Translations under genes and position numbers: made by a program
Notes under the pieces: model-generated
The model's input: the letters and a program-made list of their open reading frames with translations, nothing else
Told to the model about the DNA's origin: nothing
Databases searched by the model: none
DNA from: Bacillota bacterium
GTDB lineage: Bacteria > Bacillota > Ch66 > Ch109
Assembly: GCA_050952625.1 (NCBI GenBank)
Contig: JBMNLH010000001.1
Location: forward strand, 160,001 to 224,000
Length of the DNA stretch: 64,000 nucleotides
Reading direction: 5' to 3'
Shown: positions 60,525 to 64,000 of the stretch, one piece after another
Layout of the letters: each line of letters opens with the position of its first letter
Numbering within the stretch: position 1 is the first letter of the stretch

Positions 60525-61097
60525 ATGGCGGTAAACTTGCAAAAGGGTCAAAAAGTAGACTTAACCAAAGGAAGAGCAGGTCTTGCCAAAGTTATTGTCG
60601 GTTTAGGATGGGACACCAATAAGTTTGATGGTCCTGATTTTGACCTGGATGCCTCGGCATTTTTGCTGGGCGAAAACGGTAAGTGTGCTTCCCCTAGCGA
60701 CTTTGTCTTCTACAATAACCTGAAGCACCCCAGCGGGGCTGTTGAACACTTGGGCGACAATTTAACCGGTGAAGGTGAAGGCGACGACGAGCAGATCAAG
60801 ATTGATTTGAGCAAAATCCCGGCTAGCATCCAAAAGATTGCTATTACCGTTACTATTCACATGGCTCAAGAGCGCAACCAGAATTTTGGTCTGGTATCGA
60901 ATGCTTTTGTGCGAGTGGTCGATGAGAATAACAACTCTGAATTGCTAAGGTATGATTTGAGTGAGGATTACAGCACTGAAACTGCCCTTGTGTTTGCCGA
61001 ACTTTATCGCCATGGTGCGGAGTGGAAGTTTGCTGCTGTCGGTCAGGGCTTCAACGATGGACTGGCCGGGCTGGTTCGTCTTTACGGTTTAAGCTAA
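60525..61097 (+). CDS. terD: TerD family protein
   Basis: [33 protein letters not shown]. Confidence 0.9.
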   Translation: MAVNLQKGQKVDLTKGRAGLAKVIVGLGWDTNKFDGPDFDLDASAFLLGENGKCASPSDFVFYNNLKHPSGAVEHLGDNLTGEGEGDDEQIKIDLSKIPASIQKIAITVTIHMAQERNQNFGLVSNAFVRVVDENNNSELLRYDLSEDYSTETALVFAELYRHGAEWKFAAVGQGFNDGLAGLVRLYGLS

Positions 61098-61113
61098 GAA
61101 GGGAGACAGTTTC

Positions 61114-61719
61114 TTGATCAATTTACAAAAAGGCCAAAAGATCGACCTAACTAAAACCAATCCGGGATTATCCAAGATTATGGTTGGTTTAGGCTGGGAC
61201 CCGGCGGATAATGCCGGCGGTGGGGGCTTCCTGGGCAGCCTGTTTGGTGGAGGCAAATCCAATATCGACTGCGATGCATCCGTTTTTATGCTTGACGCGA
61301 ACGGTAAGTGGGCTAAACCGAAAAACCTGGTATATTACGGCAACTTGACGAGTCCGTGCGGCAGTGTCCGTCACGCTGGGGACAACCTGACGGGTAAAGG
61401 CGAAGGTGACGACGAACAGATTCACATCGATCTATCAAAAGTTCCCAGTGATGTTCACCGCCTCGTATTTGTGGTTAATATTTATAAGTGCGTTGAGCGC
61501 AAACAGCATTTTGGCATGATTCGCAATGCGTTTATTCGGGTGGTTAACAGCGCAAATGGACAAGAGTTATGCAAATTTAATCTAACTGACCAGTACGCGA
61601 ATAAGACTACTTTAATCACCGGGGAAGTGTACCGACACCAAGGCGAGTGGAAATTTGCCGCCCTAGGCGAAGCCACAACCGATCCTGGACTGCAGGCCTT
61701 GAGTAGCCGTTACATGTAG
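61114..61719 (+). CDS. TerD family protein (TerZ/YceC-like)
   Basis: GLGWD, GGFLGSLFGG insert, IDCDAS, GDNLTGKGEGDDE. Confidence 0.88.
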   Translation: MINLQKGQKIDLTKTNPGLSKIMVGLGWDPADNAGGGGFLGSLFGGGKSNIDCDASVFMLDANGKWAKPKNLVYYGNLTSPCGSVRHAGDNLTGKGEGDDEQIHIDLSKVPSDVHRLVFVVNIYKCVERKQHFGMIRNAFIRVVNSANGQELCKFNLTDQYANKTTLITGEVYRHQGEWKFAALGEATTDPGLQALSSRYM

Positions 61720-61762
61720 GATTATAAAAAAGATAATGAAAAAGATATAAGGAGAGAATTGT

Positions 61763-62341
61763 ATGATTTCTTTAGCGAAAGGGCAAAAAATCGATTTGAC
61801 CAAGACTAACCCGGGCCTAACCAAAATATTGGTTGGCCTCGGTTGGGATACCAATAAGTACGATGGTGGACATGAATTTGACCTGGATGTAGTCGCTTTC
61901 TTAGTCAATAAAGAGGGTAAAGCGACTGGTGATGGAGCTTTCATTTTCTATAACAACCTGCAGGATCCCAGCGGTTCCGTTGTTCTGTCCGGGGACAACC
62001 GCACTGGTGAAGGCGAAGGTGACGATGAATCATTAAAAATCAATTTGGCTGGTGTTCCCGCTGAGGTAGAGAAGATTGCTATTTGCATTAATATTCACGA
62101 GGCGGCTGAACGCAACCAAAATTTTGGTCAGGTTTCTAACGCCTATGTACGGGTAGTCAACGAGGATAATGGCGAGGAATTGCTCCGTTATGACTTGGGT
62201 GAGGACTATTCCATCGAAACCGGCCTGGTGGCCGCTGAAATCTACCGTCACAGCGGTGAATGGAAATTTAATGCGGTCGGCAGCGGGTTCCAAGGAGGAT
62301 TGTCAGCCTTAGCCGCTACCTATGGCTTAAATGCCGGTTAG
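61763..62341 (+). CDS. TerD/TerE family protein
   Basis: [34 protein letters not shown]. Confidence 0.9.
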   Translation: MISLAKGQKIDLTKTNPGLTKILVGLGWDTNKYDGGHEFDLDVVAFLVNKEGKATGDGAFIFYNNLQDPSGSVVLSGDNRTGEGEGDDESLKINLAGVPAEVEKIAICINIHEAAERNQNFGQVSNAYVRVVNEDNGEELLRYDLGEDYSIETGLVAAEIYRHSGEWKFNAVGSGFQGGLSALAATYGLNAG

Positions 62342-62417
62342 ACTAGCCGCAAGATAATAACGCCCTAAATCCGATTAACATTAACAATCAATAATCAATC
62401 AAATATGGAAACTGAAT

Positions 62418-62444
62418 AAGGGGTGCTGATATTAGCACCCCTTT
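62418..62444 (+). terminator. Terminator-like hairpin after the terD genes
   Basis: AAGGGGTGCTGA-TA-TTAGCACCCCTT. Confidence 0.7.
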
Positions 62445-62540
62445 ATAAAAAACCCAAAGGTTATTTTCTATAACTCAGAAAGGATAAGGGGGCTTTCTGA
62501 TAATAAGTAAGGCAACCAGTAAGGGATAAATAGGGGGGGA

Positions 62541-63782
62541 TTGGCTATTGACCAAGCGATAGCTGAAAAATCAGATGAACAAAGGCTGAAAAGGCTGAAT
62601 TATTTTAATTTTTTGAGTCCGGAACAAAAGCAACAGATATTTTATCTTCCACCGACCGAAGAACCGTTAAATGCTGATAAAGTGACCCTGTCGCATGCCT
62701 TGGGAGCTACCTTATATATGCCGGGGAATTCTACTGAAGCAATTAGTAAGGTGATTAACTATGAAATTCCCGGTCTTATTTCGTGTGTGTTGTGTCTGGA
62801 AGATGCGGTAGACGATCGAGATGTTCTTGATGCGGAAAGAAACCTTGCCCAATTACTAGTCCCTCTCCAGGCAACAACCGTTAAAGGCAGTCAACCGCCC
62901 TATGTTTTTATCCGCGTCAGGAGTATCGACCAGTTTAAAAGATTAACCCAAACCCTCGGGCCGTCACTTGAGGCCATAACCGGTTTCGTGTTCCCAAAGT
63001 TTGACGCGGTTACGGGCTGGGAGTATTTTGAACACTTGGTCGAGATAAACAAGTGGTGCGCAAAAACTATCTACGGGATGCCGATCCTGGAGTCTCCCCC
63101 GGCAATCTATTTGGAATCGAGGTTTGAGTACCTTATTAAAGTCAAGGAACTATTGGACAAGTATAAGAGCTGGGTACTAAATGTGCGCATAGGCGCAACG
63201 GATTTATCCGGAGTGTATGGCCTGCGGCGAGGACCGGAGCTAACCATCTATGACATTGGCGTTATTCGTGATTTTATTAGCCTGCTGGTGAATGTTTTTG
63301 GCCGGCCTCAGGATGGATACGTTATTTCCGGCCCGGTTTGGGAGTATTTTTCTGCCGGCCCCCGGGTATTAAAGCCTCAGTTAAGGCAATCACCTTTTCG
63401 AGAGCGATATGGCAGCGAGGGCAAAAAGGTACGCCAAAATTTGTTAGGTCGTTATTTGGATGGGCTTATTCGAGAAGTAATGTTGGATAAGGCCAATGGA
63501 ATAATCGGCAAGACTGTTATTCACCCCAGTCATATCCTGCCGGTTCAATCCCTCTACACGGTAACGCATGAGGAATACTGTGATGCCAAAGATGTCTTGG
63601 CTAATGGGGGAAACGGCGGGGTTACCAAAAGTGTTTATAACAACAAGATGAACGAACCCAAGCCGCACGTTAATTGGGCCCAAAAAGTGATGACATTGGC
63701 CAAGATATATGGGGTGTTAAAAGAAGACCATGACTATACAAGCATTATCTACGAAGGAGATAAGTTATCGAGTACTGGATGA
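62541..63782 (+). CDS. HpcH/HpaI aldolase / citrate lyase family protein (ter-associated)
   Basis: LGATLYMP, CLEDAV, FVFPKF, VRIGATD, GKTVIHPSH, KMNEPKPH. Confidence 0.88.
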   Translation: MAIDQAIAEKSDEQRLKRLNYFNFLSPEQKQQIFYLPPTEEPLNADKVTLSHALGATLYMPGNSTEAISKVINYEIPGLISCVLCLEDAVDDRDVLDAERNLAQLLVPLQATTVKGSQPPYVFIRVRSIDQFKRLTQTLGPSLEAITGFVFPKFDAVTGWEYFEHLVEINKWCAKTIYGMPILESPPAIYLESRFEYLIKVKELLDKYKSWVLNVRIGATDLSGVYGLRRGPELTIYDIGVIRDFISLLVNVFGRPQDGYVISGPVWEYFSAGPRVLKPQLRQSPFRERYGSEGKKVRQNLLGRYLDGLIREVMLDKANGIIGKTVIHPSHILPVQSLYTVTHEEYCDAKDVLANGGNGGVTKSVYNNKMNEPKPHVNWAQKVMTLAKIYGVLKEDHDYTSIIYEGDKLSSTG

Positions 63783-64000
63783 ACTGAGCGTCAGGCTTAA
63801 AGTGGAGGAAAACCCCTACTTTCTGGCTCTTGATAACGTCTTTTCCATGGCCGCCCGCAATAATCCCAAAAGAAGTTATTTGTTTGTCAGTAAATTAATC
63901 GGGAAACACATTCCGGTCCGCCCCGCGGTTCCGTTTGTTGCGGGATTCCTCTTGGCCTCAAGATTGGCCGAAGTCCTGGGGTTGGCGGTTGATCAGAGAA
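63730..64000 (+). CDS. Ter-associated phosphoribosyltransferase, N-terminal part (runs off the window edge)
   Basis: MTIQALSTKEISYRV...MAARNNPKRSYLFVSKLIGKHIPVRP. Confidence 0.8.
   Translation, partial: MTIQALSTKEISYRVLDELSVRLKVEENPYFLALDNVFSMAARNNPKRSYLFVSKLIGKHIPVRPAVPFVAGFLLASRLAEVLGLAVDQR

Noticed and set aside
909-63683. Numerous 60-190 aa ORFs antisense to or nested in long genes
   Set aside because: Shadow ORFs of well-supported CDSs, with no motifs or RBS support

Overview
64 kb of a spore-forming Bacillota (Clostridia/Peptococcaceae-like) chromosome. The left core (1-18.4 kb) has partial degS, an HD-GYP gene, a T-box-controlled ilvD-ilvB-ilvN-ilvC-leuA operon, cdaA-cdaR-glmM, the glmS ribozyme and glmS. 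Directly after glmS an accessory region of about 29 kb begins. It carries an unannotated type I toxin-antitoxin locus, a 4-gene DUF499/DUF3780-like/DUF1156-methyltransferase/PLD-SNF2 restriction-like defence system, a deleted RND pump, a TnpB relic, two type II TA pairs, a GHL10 glycosidase, rplY with a large structured leader RNA, an arsR-trx-arsM-arsP cluster, P-II plus a small tyrosine recombinase, and an agr-type quorum-sensing locus (unannotated agrD) apparently wired to a PAS kinase. The right part has arcC, yedF, feoA, a split feoB, a DtxR regulator, an amidase, ytrHI, a probable selenocysteine glutaredoxin, and a Ca-ATPase/ter cluster. Most notable non-coding observations: (i) a four-way-junction leader RNA found twice (before rplY and before the Ca-ATPase), one copy carrying a ~180-nt highly structured insert; (ii) a ~115-bp TTTAT...TTCAC IS200/IS605-type non-autonomous element in 6 near-complete and several partial copies, twice bracketing small thioredoxin-fold genes; (iii) 21-bp-phased repeats plus sigmaH-type promoters shared by agrB and the PAS kinase; (iv) three +1 frameshifts all at GGGCCC, probably sequencing artefacts. 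All calls are by eye; no database searches were run.
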